A stretch of 64,000 bases of DNA from an uncultured delta proteobacterium. GTDB lineage: Bacteria; Desulfobacterota; Desulfobacteria; Desulfobacterales; Desulfatirhabdiaceae. Positions 41,160-51,560 of this stretch are shown in pieces. Every line of letters begins with the position of its first letter. The stretch's first letter is position 1. The stretch is taken from contig CAWBKP010000012.1 in the NCBI GenBank assembly GCA_963789395.1, positions 128,001-192,000 on the forward strand, read 5' to 3'. Below the pieces are notes generated by a model, which was given only the letters and a program-made list of their open reading frames with translations, had not been told where the DNA came from and did no database searches. The position numbers and the translations under genes were made by a program.

Positions 41160-42110
41160 ATGCAAAAAATGATAGATATTCCCCGACGAGTCCTTGTTGA
41201 AGAGGAGCTGATGCAGCCGGGAATGACATCGTGCCAAGGCTGCGCAGCCCCTTTGTCCATGAAGATCGCTTTAAAGGCATTGGGGCAGCGGACCGTTGTC
41301 GTGTTTCCCGCCTGCTGTTTCGCCGTTTTTGTCGGCGGGTACCCGTATTCAAGCCTCAAGGTTCCGGTCATTCATTGTCCCTTTGCAACCGCAGCGGTCG
41401 TTGCCTCAGGTGCGGCAGCTGCCCTGGATGTCCGGGGAGAAAAAGATGTGGTGGTAATGGTATGGGCAGGGGATGGCGGCACCTTCGATATCGGCATCCA
41501 GGCCCTTTCCGGCGCTGCGGAACGCAACGAGAACATCCTTTTCGTCTGTTATGACAACGAGGCTTACATGAATACCGGCATTCAACGCTCCAGCGCAACC
41601 CCCATGGGCGCCTGGACTACAACCACGCCTGCCGGGTCCATCAAGGAAGAATCCAAAAAAGATATCGAGCAGATCATGCTGGCCCATCATATATCCTATA
41701 TGGCCACTGCATCGGCGGCTTATCCGGATGACCTGTTCCGGAAATTTCAAAAAGCGCGCCGGATTACCGGCATGAAATTCATCCACCTTTTGTCCGGATG
41801 CCCCCCCGGGTGGCGCATCGATCCCGCCAAAACGATTCAGGTCATGCGCCTGGCGACCCAGGCCAATGTATTTCCCATCTATGAAGTGAAAAAACGGCGC
41901 TTTTCAATAGATTCTGAACCCTTGGAAGAAGACTGGGAATACACCGTCAATGTCTTTCCGGAAAGAGAAGTTCCCGTAAAAACGTATTTTAAGTCACAGG
42001 GACGATTCGGGCTGATGACGGATGAGATGATCGAAGACGCCCAGAAAAGGGTGGACCGGAAGTGGCAGGAGCTGATTCAAAAACAGGGCGAGCGCATCGC
42101 TTCGAAATAA
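41160..42110 (+). CDS. porB: 2-oxoacid:acceptor oxidoreductase beta subunit (TPP binding)
   Basis: SCQGC, AGDGGTFDIG, DNEAYMNTGIQRS and CPPGW motifs. Confidence 0.93.
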   Translation: MQKMIDIPRRVLVEEELMQPGMTSCQGCAAPLSMKIALKALGQRTVVVFPACCFAVFVGGYPYSSLKVPVIHCPFATAAVVASGAAAALDVRGEKDVVVMVWAGDGGTFDIGIQALSGAAERNENILFVCYDNEAYMNTGIQRSSATPMGAWTTTTPAGSIKEESKKDIEQIMLAHHISYMATASAAYPDDLFRKFQKARRITGMKFIHLLSGCPPGWRIDPAKTIQVMRLATQANVFPIYEVKKRRFSIDSEPLEEDWEYTVNVFPEREVPVKTYFKSQGRFGLMTDEMIEDAQKRVDRKWQELIQKQGERIASK

Positions 42111-42203
42111 CTGCCGGTACCATCAAAAAATATTTCAGAAGAACCTTTCAGACAAACGCGGCAGGTTGACCGGTAAACGCACGGCCGTCGGGCTTCACAG
42201 CTT

Positions 42204-42233
42204 CTCCCCTGATCCAAATGAGGGGCAGGGGAG
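42204..42233. terminator. hairpin between convergent genes
   Basis: CTCCCCTG...CAGGGGAG stem. Confidence 0.4.
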
Positions 42234-42295
42234 AGAACTCTTTGAAATCCCTTTTATTGCAAACTTTGCCTGGATAGGCCTTATGGCACTGCCGA

Positions 42296-42565
42296 TTATT
42301 TGGATCCGCAGGTATAGGGGTAAAAATGATGAAAACAAAAACCCTGCGGATCCCCATATTGTAGTTCGGTACTGGCCATGCATTCTCCGATGGTATTTCG
42401 GGATACTTCCGGGTAATCGGGCCGCAGTTCCTCGGCTTTCTTGCATGGCATACATACGGTCTGATGATCATAGACCGATAGAATCCGCTGATCCTCCGGT
42501 TTCATCTTTCCATTGCACCTGGAACAGGTAATCGCGCATGAAATAATCTCTTCCCAATTGTCCAT
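42296..42565 (-). CDS. small Cys-rich hypothetical protein
   Basis: 89 aa, RBS AGGAG, CSRC and CMPC pairs plus further Cys/His. Confidence 0.7.
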   Translation of the reverse strand: MDNWEEIISCAITCSRCNGKMKPEDQRILSVYDHQTVCMPCKKAEELRPDYPEVSRNTIGECMASTELQYGDPQGFCFHHFYPYTCGSK

Positions 42566-42663
42566 TTTGCTGTCAACTCCTTATAATTAAAAAGGTGAAA
42601 ATCAATCAACATTCGTTCTAACTAACATGAAAGCCAAACAAATTCAAATGAATATTCACCCGA

Positions 42664-43389
42664 TCACCACAGCCTCTCGGCATGGGATTTCGGCAAACCG
42701 GCATTGATAATTTTTTGGTATACCGCGGCAATGTCATAGGGAACAAAACGAACTTCAAGGGAAGGTGCCAGTGTGTCCAGAATGACATATTTGGCATTGT
42801 TGTTGCCGTCTCTGGGCTGCCCCACGCTGCCGGCGTTGACAATGTATCTGTTCTGATCGCTCAGGGACACGATTTCCTGACGAAGGCGTTTTTGAACAAC
42901 CGTCAGACCGTCATAGCTGATCAGCTTCAGGTTGTGGGTATGCCCGACAAAAACGATCCATTCAGCGCTTTTCCGCAAGGTTTGCATCATACGGCTTTCT
43001 GATACCTCATGCAGATAGATGAAAGGGGAGTTTGGCGGAAATCCGTGAACGAAACGCAGGCCGTCAATGACGCGTGAGCTCGGCAGCTCATTAATATACA
43101 AAAGCGTTTCATCGGACAGCAGGGTCCGGGTCTTTTGAATCGATTCGCGGGCCGGCGGATTGAACCATTCCTGAAGCTGCGGCTTTGCAATCGCCATTTC
43201 ATGATTGCCGGTAACACTGGGAATGGCACGCTGCTGAATCAAACGGATGGTTTCTTCAGGCTGCGGTCCGTAGCCGATCATATCTCCCAGGCAGATCACC
43301 TGGTCTACCCGGAAACGGTCCAACTCCCGAAGGACTTCCCGGAAGGCATCCAGATTCCCATGAATGTCCGAAAGCACCGCTATTTTCAT
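42664..43389 (-). CDS. calcineurin-like metallophosphoesterase
   Basis: SDIHGN, LGDMIGYG, GNHE, VGHTH and NAGSVGQPRDG motifs. Confidence 0.93.
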   Translation of the reverse strand: MKIAVLSDIHGNLDAFREVLRELDRFRVDQVICLGDMIGYGPQPEETIRLIQQRAIPSVTGNHEMAIAKPQLQEWFNPPARESIQKTRTLLSDETLLYINELPSSRVIDGLRFVHGFPPNSPFIYLHEVSESRMMQTLRKSAEWIVFVGHTHNLKLISYDGLTVVQKRLRQEIVSLSDQNRYIVNAGSVGQPRDGNNNAKYVILDTLAPSLEVRFVPYDIAAVYQKIINAGLPKSHAERLW

Positions 43390-43454
43390 ATAACCCCGTT
43401 TTAATCAGCAAGACCCGAGACCCATGAAAACCGATACGGATTCCCCCTCCTGAA

Positions 43455-44213
43455 TTACTGAAGCCCGTTCCAGTACCAGTATATCAGCTCTTGTCCAAAG
43501 AAAATGTGAATCATTGCACCGATTGCCAGAAACGGGCCGAACGGGATCTTCAGTTTCAGGGAGGATCGGGTATAGAGCATGACGGCGCCGCCTGCCAGCG
43601 TTCCAACGATGGATCCGGTAAAAAGGGTCACCAAAACGCCTTTCCATCCGAGAAATGCGCCGATCATGGCCAGCAGCTTGATATCACCGCCGCCCATGCC
43701 TTCTTTATGCGCGATACGTTCATAGGCCCAGGCCACCGCAAACAGGGTTCCGCCTCCCAGCAGCAGTCCCTGCAAGGACGCCTTGAACGACATTTCCGGC
43801 AGGAATAGACTGGCAATAATGCCGGCCGGAATTCCGGGAAGGGAAATGACATCCGGGATGATATAATGGTCGATATCGATAAAGGTGATCACCACCAGAA
43901 CGGCGATGAAACCATAATAAATCAGGGTCTCCGGGCTCATTCCCCACCTCAGGAATGCGCCGAGCGCAAACAGGCCGCTCAAAAGCTCGATCAGGGGGTA
44001 GCGGAGGGAAAACGGGGTTTTGCAGTTCCTGCAGCGTCCGCGAAGCAGCAGATAGCTGATGACGGGAATGTTGTCGTAAAAACGGATCGGCTGGTTGCAG
44101 TTCATGCAGGTGGACCCCGGCGATACGATGGATTTCGATGCCGGGATTCGGTAGATACACACATTCAAAAAACTGCCGATGCAAAGACCCAGTATAAAGG
44201 CGATAGCTTCCAA
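43455..44213 (-). CDS. pilD: type IV prepilin peptidase / N-methyltransferase
   Basis: GSFLNVCIYRIP, two CxxC, FIDID, GMGGGDIKL and IPFGPFL motifs. Confidence 0.95.
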   Translation of the reverse strand: MEAIAFILGLCIGSFLNVCIYRIPASKSIVSPGSTCMNCNQPIRFYDNIPVISYLLLRGRCRNCKTPFSLRYPLIELLSGLFALGAFLRWGMSPETLIYYGFIAVLVVITFIDIDHYIIPDVISLPGIPAGIIASLFLPEMSFKASLQGLLLGGGTLFAVAWAYERIAHKEGMGGGDIKLLAMIGAFLGWKGVLVTLFTGSIVGTLAGGAVMLYTRSSLKLKIPFGPFLAIGAMIHIFFGQELIYWYWNGLQ

Positions 44214-44440
44214 ATTTCAATCTCTATAAAATTGTGTCTGAGTGGAAATCCTGTGACCAAAATTCTAAATCCTGATGATCAATACGGTGCGTTTTGATCT
44301 TATATTCGGATTTTGACTGGCCTGATATCTTGACCGATTCCTGCCAGAGACTTAACCGAGGAAGGCACCCGGGTCAAGATGTATTTTAAAAAAAACCAGT
44401 GAGTCGTCTTTAAGGTCGTCTATCACAGGAAGCAAAGTAT

Positions 44441-45274
44441 TCAGAATGCTTCAGCGTGTTTTTTTATATCCAGATAGGGATAAAGGGTTTTCAGATTTCG
44501 ACAGTATCGGTTGTCGGACAGATCCTGACGCAATTGATCCAAAGGGTAGGGGATACGAAAGAGGGTGAGGGTTTGCGTGCTGCTATCGAATAATACAGTG
44601 TTGGCGGCAAAGACGCCATCCCGGTATGGGCCTCCGACGCTGCCGGCCTTGACCCAGTAGCGCGAACCCGGATTCAGCGACATCGTCAAGGACTTGCCGG
44701 CTTCCGGTCTGTGAATCCGGACATCCTTCAGGGTCGGGATTCCCATTGTTTCCAGCAGTTCATATACGGCCGGAATATGGTCATGCCCGCTGACAATCAG
44801 TTTTTTGGGGAAAGATCGCCAGGATTCCAGGCAGCCGGAGAGCGCGGCCTCATCCAGATAGTTGAAATGGCTGATTGCCGGCGGGGTTCCGGGGTCCGGA
44901 AGGAGAAAGGGGCTGTGATGAACAATTGCCATTTCATCGGCTTCAATGGACAGCGGCAGGGAAAGCAGATAATCCAGCGCACCGGGAAAGTGCGATAACA
45001 GTCCTGAATTATAGGCACTGGCCTGCATGCGGTCCAACTGGTGCGGATGATCAGGAAAAAGACCGGCGACCATCAAATCGTGATTTCCGGCGACTGTCGG
45101 AATACTGAGGGAGCGCATACTGGCCAGGGTTCGGTCGCCAAAGGGAAGCCATCCAACCAGATCACCGAGGCAAAAGATGCTGTCCGGCTGGATCTGCCGG
45201 CAATGCCGGATCACGGCCTCAAGGGCAAAGGCATTGCCGTGGATGTCACCGAAAAAATATGTTTTCATGGGCAA
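44441..45274 (-). CDS. calcineurin-like metallophosphoesterase
   Basis: GDIHGN, LGDLVG, GNHD, GHDH and AGSVGGPYRDG motifs. Confidence 0.9.
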   Translation of the reverse strand: MPMKTYFFGDIHGNAFALEAVIRHCRQIQPDSIFCLGDLVGWLPFGDRTLASMRSLSIPTVAGNHDLMVAGLFPDHPHQLDRMQASAYNSGLLSHFPGALDYLLSLPLSIEADEMAIVHHSPFLLPDPGTPPAISHFNYLDEAALSGCLESWRSFPKKLIVSGHDHIPAVYELLETMGIPTLKDVRIHRPEAGKSLTMSLNPGSRYWVKAGSVGGPYRDGVFAANTVLFDSSTQTLTLFRIPYPLDQLRQDLSDNRYCRNLKTLYPYLDIKKHAEAF

Positions 45275-45293
45275 TCCATTGTTTCTTAAAACA

Positions 45294-45507
45294 ACTCAGG
45301 TAGACAGAATTCAGAATGGCCAGCATGTGAGCTTCGGGCAAAATAGCGCTTCTTCAATTAGCGGTTTGGCAAAGATTCACCACCCATAGGCAAGATCATG
45401 GACGCGTATCATAAATCGCCTTGATTCTTCGAGGGACCTGAGGCGATATTGAAAAAACGGATTTGCTGGATTCCTCATTCTGAGACTCTGAATTCTGACT
45501 CCTGAGT
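45294..45507 (-). pseudogene. heptamer-repeat inverted arms enclosing a four-helix-bundle (23S rRNA IVS-like) protein remnant
   Basis: Left arm ACTCAGGTAGACAGAATTCAGA; right arm reverse-complements to ACTCAGGAGTCAGAATTCAGA. The inner minus strand reads IRFFNIAS / SLEESRRFMIRVHDLAYG with one frameshift. Confidence 0.55.
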
Positions 45508-45654
45508 CCCCGAGCAGTTATGTTTTTTTGTAAAAACAGGTGTTGGGAATTGAACTTGACATTCAGATCATCATAATAGATAGATTGAATTAATTCAATT
45601 TTTTTATGTTTGCCTGTATTTTCGGACATGAACGTGTGGAGTGTTATAGTAGCC

Positions 45655-46041
45655 ATGTGGGGACATCCGCTGACAAAAATTGCTCTGGTGATGTTCGGGG
45701 GAAGCCTGGGGGCGCTGAGTCGATACGGCCTCTCGCTGCTGTCTGCTAGACTGTTTGGGATAGGCTTTCCCTGGGGTACGGCTATTGTTAATCTGGCCGG
45801 ATGTTTTTTGATCGGAGCATCGTTTGCGCTAGCCGATCGCAGCGCTTTGATGAACCCGTCCGCGCGACTTTTTTTTATAACCGGTTTTCTGGGGGCCTTG
45901 ACCACATTTTCAACTTACGGTTATGAAACATTCAGCGCAATCCATTCAGGCAGTCACTGGATTGCCGTGGGAAATGTGCTGCTGAACAATATAGCAGGGC
46001 TCGTTCTGGTATTTTTAGGCTTTCGGTTGGGCAGTATATAA
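45655..46041 (+). CDS. crcB: fluoride channel Fluc/CrcB
   Basis: GGSLGALSRY, FPWGTAIVN and TGFLGALTTFST motifs; start uncertain. Confidence 0.93.
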   Translation: MWGHPLTKIALVMFGGSLGALSRYGLSLLSARLFGIGFPWGTAIVNLAGCFLIGASFALADRSALMNPSARLFFITGFLGALTTFSTYGYETFSAIHSGSHWIAVGNVLLNNIAGLVLVFLGFRLGSI

Positions 46042-46058
46042 AAAAGGGATCGAAAACC

Positions 46059-47372
46059 ATGCTGACATATAATATCATTGAGATATTCACCAGTGAGGCC
46101 ATCCGCTGGAAAGGAAAACCCCTGTCCGACGCGATTGTTGAACTTGTTAAAGGCAAAAAAATCGCCGCCCGCTGCATGGTCACAAGAGCCATGGAAGGCT
46201 GTTATGAAAATGGGGATATTGCATCCGCAAGACTGGAAATATTGTCCATGAACATGCCGCTTCGGATCACCATCGTCCTTCCGGCTGCTCAGACCGAGAG
46301 TGTGCTGCCGCAGATCGAGGAAATGGTCTCGGATGGCATCGTTGCGGTACAGGAAATTCAGGTTCTGTCTCATAAAACCGAGAGACAATTGATTCCCAAG
46401 CACATCCGGGTCCAGGATGTCATGACGACATCTCCTTGCAAAGTTTCACTGAATACGCCGGTTGACCAGGTCGTGGAAATTCTCCTGTCTTCACATTTTA
46501 CGGGAGTTCCCGTGGTGGATGAAACTAATCATCCACAGGGCGTTATCTCTCAGGGCGATCTGATATGCCGTGCGAAAATGCCGCTACGTCTGGGCGTACT
46601 CGCATCTGCAAATGCCGAAAGAATCAAATGTGTGATGCAATGTTTATCTCAGGTTCCCGCGGAAAAAATCATGACCCGCCCGGCCATCTGCATTCGTGAA
46701 GACAAATTGTTGGCCGAAGCCGTAGACCTGATGATGAAAAAATCACTTAAGCGGCTTCCTGTGATCGATGCCGACGGAGCACTCTCAGGGATTCTGTCCC
46801 GGCAGGATATTTTTCACACCGTCGCAAGGGAGGTGCCCGACTGGAGCGCCTTCCATCATCAGAACATTCGGGTGGGAAATATGCGCTGCGTTGCGGACAT
46901 CATGCGCAGGGATATTCATACGGTTTTTCCCGAAACGCCGGTATCGGACATTATTCATATCATCGACACCGATGATGTCCAGCGGGTTGCCGTGATTGAT
47001 GCTGAGGAACGTTTTCTGGGCCTGATTTCCGACAATGACTTGTTCAGCGCTTTTTCCGAACATTCTGAAGGCCTCTGGGAATTATTTCTCCGAAGCCTTC
47101 CCTTGATGGATAAAAGAAAAAAAACCGAGTTGGCACATTCGGACAATATATCTTCTGTCATGAACAAAACCGCAAAGGATGTGATGAACACAAAATGCAT
47201 CACGGTTCTTGAAAATGCTTCCATAGATGAGGCCATCGGAATCATCGTCTCCCAGGGTATCAAGAGGCTGCCGGTTCTGGATGTCGGGGGCAGATTCAAG
47301 GGACTCATCAGCCGGGAATCCCTGATGCGAACAGGGTTTGGGTATGAAACAGATTATGAGAAACGGGGTTGA
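46059..47372 (+). CDS. DUF190 (PII-like) plus four CBS domain protein
   Basis: N-terminal IEIFTSE...LSMNMPLRI DUF190-like domain; repeated CBS motifs (GVPVVD, RLPVID, RLPVLD). Confidence 0.85.
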   Translation: MLTYNIIEIFTSEAIRWKGKPLSDAIVELVKGKKIAARCMVTRAMEGCYENGDIASARLEILSMNMPLRITIVLPAAQTESVLPQIEEMVSDGIVAVQEIQVLSHKTERQLIPKHIRVQDVMTTSPCKVSLNTPVDQVVEILLSSHFTGVPVVDETNHPQGVISQGDLICRAKMPLRLGVLASANAERIKCVMQCLSQVPAEKIMTRPAICIREDKLLAEAVDLMMKKSLKRLPVIDADGALSGILSRQDIFHTVAREVPDWSAFHHQNIRVGNMRCVADIMRRDIHTVFPETPVSDIIHIIDTDDVQRVAVIDAEERFLGLISDNDLFSAFSEHSEGLWELFLRSLPLMDKRKKTELAHSDNISSVMNKTAKDVMNTKCITVLENASIDEAIGIIVSQGIKRLPVLDVGGRFKGLISRESLMRTGFGYETDYEKRG

Positions 47373-47465
47373 GTGAAATCCTGTTGACTTTATCGTATAC
47401 GTTCGTTACAAATTTCGGTTGCATATGGTTTATAAACCCGTCCGACTCCTTTAAAAGGCATTATC

Positions 47466-48056
47466 ATGGAACGAATTGCATCGATTGTTCGACAAACCCT
47501 TGAAACCGATATTCAACTGATGTTGAATCTGGATGGAACCGGAAAACGGGAAATCGCAACCGGCATCGGTTTCTTCGATCACATGCTCACCCTTTTTTCA
47601 GCCCACGGTTTTTTTGATTTGTCGGTTCAGGCCAAAGGCGATCTTCACGTGGATCTGCATCATACGGTGGAAGACGTTGGTCTGGTGCTGGGAGATGCAT
47701 TCGACAAGGCGCTTGGTGACCGGAAAGGCATTCAGCGCTATGGCCATTCCGTGGTACCGATGGATGAAACATTGACGGCTGTGACCGTTGATTTGTCCAG
47801 AAGACCCTACTTGGTCTTCCAGGTTCCAGGCGCGGTTTCGGGATCTGATAAGCATTTTGATATCGGGCTTTGCAAAGAGTTTTTCAGAGCGTTTGCCGTG
47901 CGTGCGGGCATGAATCTGCATATCAATGTCCAGTATGGCGAAAACCAGCACCACATTATAGAGTCCATGTTTAAGGCTGCCGGGCGTGCCCTTGACGGGG
48001 CCGTTTCTCTGGACGGACGCATCACGGACATCCATTCCACAAAAGGCGGTTTATAA
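47466..48056 (+). CDS. hisB: imidazoleglycerol-phosphate dehydratase
   Basis: [25 protein letters not shown] and STKG motifs. Confidence 0.97.
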   Translation: MERIASIVRQTLETDIQLMLNLDGTGKREIATGIGFFDHMLTLFSAHGFFDLSVQAKGDLHVDLHHTVEDVGLVLGDAFDKALGDRKGIQRYGHSVVPMDETLTAVTVDLSRRPYLVFQVPGAVSGSDKHFDIGLCKEFFRAFAVRAGMNLHINVQYGENQHHIIESMFKAAGRALDGAVSLDGRITDIHSTKGGL

Positions 48057-48057
48057 T

Positions 48058-48751
48058 ATGAAAACATCCTGGAAATATGCGACACTATGCATGGGGTTTA
48101 TTCTGTTTTCGTGTGTGATCCTGGGCGCCTGTGCCGGCACCCGATCGTTTCATCCGGAAACTGAGCGGCTGGAACTGAATATCAAGAGTATTTTAATCCT
48201 TCCTTTTGTTGATGTGTCAAAGCTTTATGATTCAGATATTCAAGTAAGATGTTATCTTTGTGGTCAGGTGATGACAACCGGGTATGTGCCGGATTCCGCG
48301 GCAACGTTTATGACATCCGAGCTGATTTCGCTGATGGAGAAAGATCAGCCTTATCAGATCATTTCCTCTGAAGGATCCCAGGACATTCTTTCCGGCATGG
48401 CGTCCGATTCCGATAACGCTGCAGCGTCGCGGTTGAATCTCTATATCAATGCGGGAAAACGGGCAGGGGCGGATGCCGTGCTCATCGGCCATATTTTCCG
48501 CTTCGTCGACCGCAGGGGAAATCGCGCATCGGTCATATCCGCGGCATCTGTCGCATTCGACATTCACCTGATCGATGTCGCCAGCGGAAAAATTGTCTGG
48601 ACCGCCAATTTTGACAAGACACAGCAACCGCTCAGCGACAACCTTCTGGAGACTAGGAAATTTTATCAAACGCGGGGCAAGCTGGGTTACCGCCGAGCAA
48701 TTGGCACAGGGCGGACTCGAGGACATGATGCGGAGATTTCCCCAGCCATGA
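48058..48751 (+). CDS. putative lipoprotein, +1 frameshift near 48651
   Basis: Lipobox LGAC and ILILPF motif; the corrected C-terminus ...[15 protein letters not shown]...FPQP* overlaps the hisA ATG. Confidence 0.7.
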
Positions 48752-49473
48752 TGATTATACCTGCGATTGACATAAAAAACGGCAGATGTGTCCGCCTTCT
48801 TCAGGGCCGTATGGATGCGGAAACCGTGTTTTCCAATGACCCTGCCGCCATGGCCCGGCAATGGGAATCGCAGGGCGCTGAGTTGCTGCATGTCGTTGAC
48901 CTGAACGGCGCCATTGAAAAAAGCCCTCAAAATCTGCCGTCCATTCAACGGATTGTTCAGGACATCCATATCCCGGTTCAGGTCGGGGGCGGCATCCGGG
49001 ACTTGAAAACCATTGAACAGTATTTTGATATCGGCATTTCAAGAGTGGTCATCGGAACCGAAGCCATCCGGAATCCGGAACTGGTCAGACTAGCCTGCAA
49101 AAATCACCCCGGATGCATTGTCGTCGGCATTGACGCCAGAAAGGGAAGGGTAGCCATCGAGGGCTGGACGCAAACCACCGAAATTCGGGCCATTGATCTG
49201 GCCAGGCAGTTTGAGGATTACGGAGTTGCCGCCATCAATTTTACGGATATTCACCGGGACGGCATGCAGACCGGTCCCAATATCGCGGAAACCCGCGAGC
49301 TTGCTGAAGCCGTAAGCATTCCGATTGTGGCCTCAGGCGGCGTATCCACCCTTGAAGATATCCGGAACCTGCTGCCGCTATTCAAGTCGGGCGTCATCGG
49401 CGTCATTACCGGAAAGGCGCTTTACAGCGGAACCCTGAATCTGAAAGAAGCCATAGAACTGGCGAATTCATAG
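48748..49473 (+). CDS. hisA: ProFAR isomerase
   Basis: [37 protein letters not shown] and ASGGV motifs. Confidence 0.96.
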   Translation: MMIIPAIDIKNGRCVRLLQGRMDAETVFSNDPAAMARQWESQGAELLHVVDLNGAIEKSPQNLPSIQRIVQDIHIPVQVGGGIRDLKTIEQYFDIGISRVVIGTEAIRNPELVRLACKNHPGCIVVGIDARKGRVAIEGWTQTTEIRAIDLARQFEDYGVAAINFTDIHRDGMQTGPNIAETRELAEAVSIPIVASGGVSTLEDIRNLLPLFKSGVIGVITGKALYSGTLNLKEAIELANS

Positions 49474-49512
49474 TTTTTTCATGCAAACATGCTTTTGCCG
49501 CGGGCATTGTCC

Positions 49513-49815
49513 ATGAAACCGGAACAGATCTATCAGGGACTCAAGGATCTTGCAGACAAGCTTGGGATTCTTGTCTCCGAACAAAAATTATCCACGGAGC
49601 GTCTGAAGGTAAAAAGCGGACTCTGTAAAATAAAGGGGCAGTTTGTCATGATCCTGGATAAGCAGTTGTCCATCCATAAAAAAAATTCGATTCTGGCCGG
49701 CTGCCTGAGCAACATGCCGCATGACGCCATTTTTGTGATTCCTGCTGTCAGAGAATTTCTTGCCAGACACCACAAACCAGATTTACCGGAAGAGAGGGTT
49801 TCTGGAAAATCGTAA
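49513..49815 (+). CDS. hypothetical protein
   Basis: KSGLCKIKG...FVIPAVREFL; co-oriented within the operon. Confidence 0.65.
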   Translation: MKPEQIYQGLKDLADKLGILVSEQKLSTERLKVKSGLCKIKGQFVMILDKQLSIHKKNSILAGCLSNMPHDAIFVIPAVREFLARHHKPDLPEERVSGKS

Positions 49816-49944
49816 AACAGCACACTCCGGAACTATAAAATATAACAATTTATAATAAGTTTACATAATATCCATTATCAGACGTTATGATTATCGTCAA
49901 TCCCGATGCACCATTGACCCCTGGCTTCGTAAACGTTCATATAT

Positions 49945-51297
49945 ATGATTGAACAGCGGCACATCTATTCGGTTTCTGAAATCAACGACCACATCAAGGG
50001 ACTGCTTGAAAAATCCTATCCCCTGATATGGATTTCCGGCGAAATATCCAATTACCGCAGACCCGCATCCGGTCATGCATATTTTACCCTGAAAGATGCG
50101 CGCTCTCAAATTGCCGCGGTCATGTTTCGCGCTCAAATACGAAATCTGAAGTTTGATCCTGAAGACGGCCTCAGCATTGTCGGACTCGGCAGAATCAGTG
50201 TGTATGAGCCCAGGGGCACGTATCAGGTCATTCTGGAATATCTTGAACCCAAAGGCACCGGCGCCCTGCAGATCGCTTTTGAACAGCTGAAGGCAAAGCT
50301 GGCTGCCGAAGGTATTTTTGAAGAAAGCCGCAAGAAGCCCCTGCCGTTTCTGCCATCGAGAATCAGCGTGATCACATCCCCTACCGGCGCCGTGATTCAC
50401 GACATCATTCATGTGATAACCAGGCGTTTTTATGGCATATCCATTGAAATTGTTCCGGTAAAGGTACAGGGAGACGGCGCCGTTGCCGACATTGTAAAGG
50501 CATTTCAGCTTTTAAACGAGCGCAACACTTCGGATGTCATCATTCTGGCAAGGGGTGGCGGTTCTCTTGAAGATTTACAGCCGTTTAATTCCGAACAGGT
50601 TGCACGGGCGATTTTCGTCTCGCAAATTCCGGTGGTTTCGGCTGTCGGTCATGAGACGGATTTTACGATCGCCGATTTTGCTGCCGATCTTCGGGCACCG
50701 ACACCATCGGCTGCTGCCGAACTGGTTTCGCCTTCCCGGGACGAAATTCTGAGACGCTGCTCGGAACAGACGTTGAGAATCACCTCCCGGACATACCGTT
50801 ATATTGAACAACTCCAGTCCCGGCTATCGGAAAACACGCGGCGCCTGATCCATCCCCGGCAGCGGATTCAGGACTCCAGAATCCGTCTGGATGAATTATC
50901 AACCCGGATTACCCGCACCATGACCCTCCAGCTTCAGCAGCACCGCGAAAGGCTGGGCTGGCGAACCAACACATTGCTGTCGGCAAGTCCGAAGATACAC
51001 ATACAGAAATCGTATGTCATGCTTCAACAATATTATCATAACAGTACGATTTATATAAAATATATATTATCCAAACATTCAGCCGAATTTCGGCAACTGG
51101 CAGCAAGACTACAAGCCCTGAGCCCTCTGGCGATTTTATCCAGGGGGTACAGCATTACCCGATCCGTGCCCGAGGCAGCTGTTGTCCGCAATGCGAATGA
51201 TGTGCGGCTCGGGCAGGATCTGGAAATTCTACTGGGAACAGGGTCCCTGCTTTGTACGGTAAAAAGGACATTATCCGATGGCAAAACAGACATTTGA
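49945..51297 (+). CDS. xseA: exodeoxyribonuclease VII large subunit
   Basis: SGHAYFTLKD, ARGGGSLEDL, VGHETD, RAPTPSAAAE and LSRGYS motifs. Confidence 0.97.
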   Translation: MIEQRHIYSVSEINDHIKGLLEKSYPLIWISGEISNYRRPASGHAYFTLKDARSQIAAVMFRAQIRNLKFDPEDGLSIVGLGRISVYEPRGTYQVILEYLEPKGTGALQIAFEQLKAKLAAEGIFEESRKKPLPFLPSRISVITSPTGAVIHDIIHVITRRFYGISIEIVPVKVQGDGAVADIVKAFQLLNERNTSDVIILARGGGSLEDLQPFNSEQVARAIFVSQIPVVSAVGHETDFTIADFAADLRAPTPSAAAELVSPSRDEILRRCSEQTLRITSRTYRYIEQLQSRLSENTRRLIHPRQRIQDSRIRLDELSTRITRTMTLQLQQHRERLGWRTNTLLSASPKIHIQKSYVMLQQYYHNSTIYIKYILSKHSAEFRQLAARLQALSPLAILSRGYSITRSVPEAAVVRNANDVRLGQDLEILLGTGSLLCTVKRTLSDGKTDI

Positions 51298-51514
51298 AAG
51301 CGCTATGAAGCAACTGGAGCAGATCGCTCAGGAACTGGAAGGCGGCGAACTTTCCCTGGAACTGGCCATGAAAAAATTTGAAGAGGGGATCCAGTTATCC
51401 AGATTCTGCACCAAAAAGCTGGATGAAACCGAACGGCGGATTACCATACTGCTGCAGGATTCGGATGGCGCGGTTCATGAAGCCCCTTTTGAAGAAAAAG
51501 AGAATGAAGACTGA
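51278..51514 (+). CDS. xseB: exodeoxyribonuclease VII small subunit
   Basis: FESAMKQLEQI...LE...FEEG pattern; follows xseA. Confidence 0.95.
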   Translation: MAKQTFESAMKQLEQIAQELEGGELSLELAMKKFEEGIQLSRFCTKKLDETERRITILLQDSDGAVHEAPFEEKENED

Positions 51515-51560
51515 TGAAGCCATATTAATTAATTCTATTGTTTAAATAAATGATATTAAC

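Noticed and set aside
45510..45655. Fluoride riboswitch expected upstream of crcB
   Set aside because: No GGNGATGG...CC or CTRATGAC consensus and no pseudoknot found by eye.
47986..49473. 495 aa lipoprotein-HisA fusion in the ORF track
   Set aside because: One extra base near 48651 explains it; the corrected lipoprotein ends with TGA overlapping the hisA ATG.
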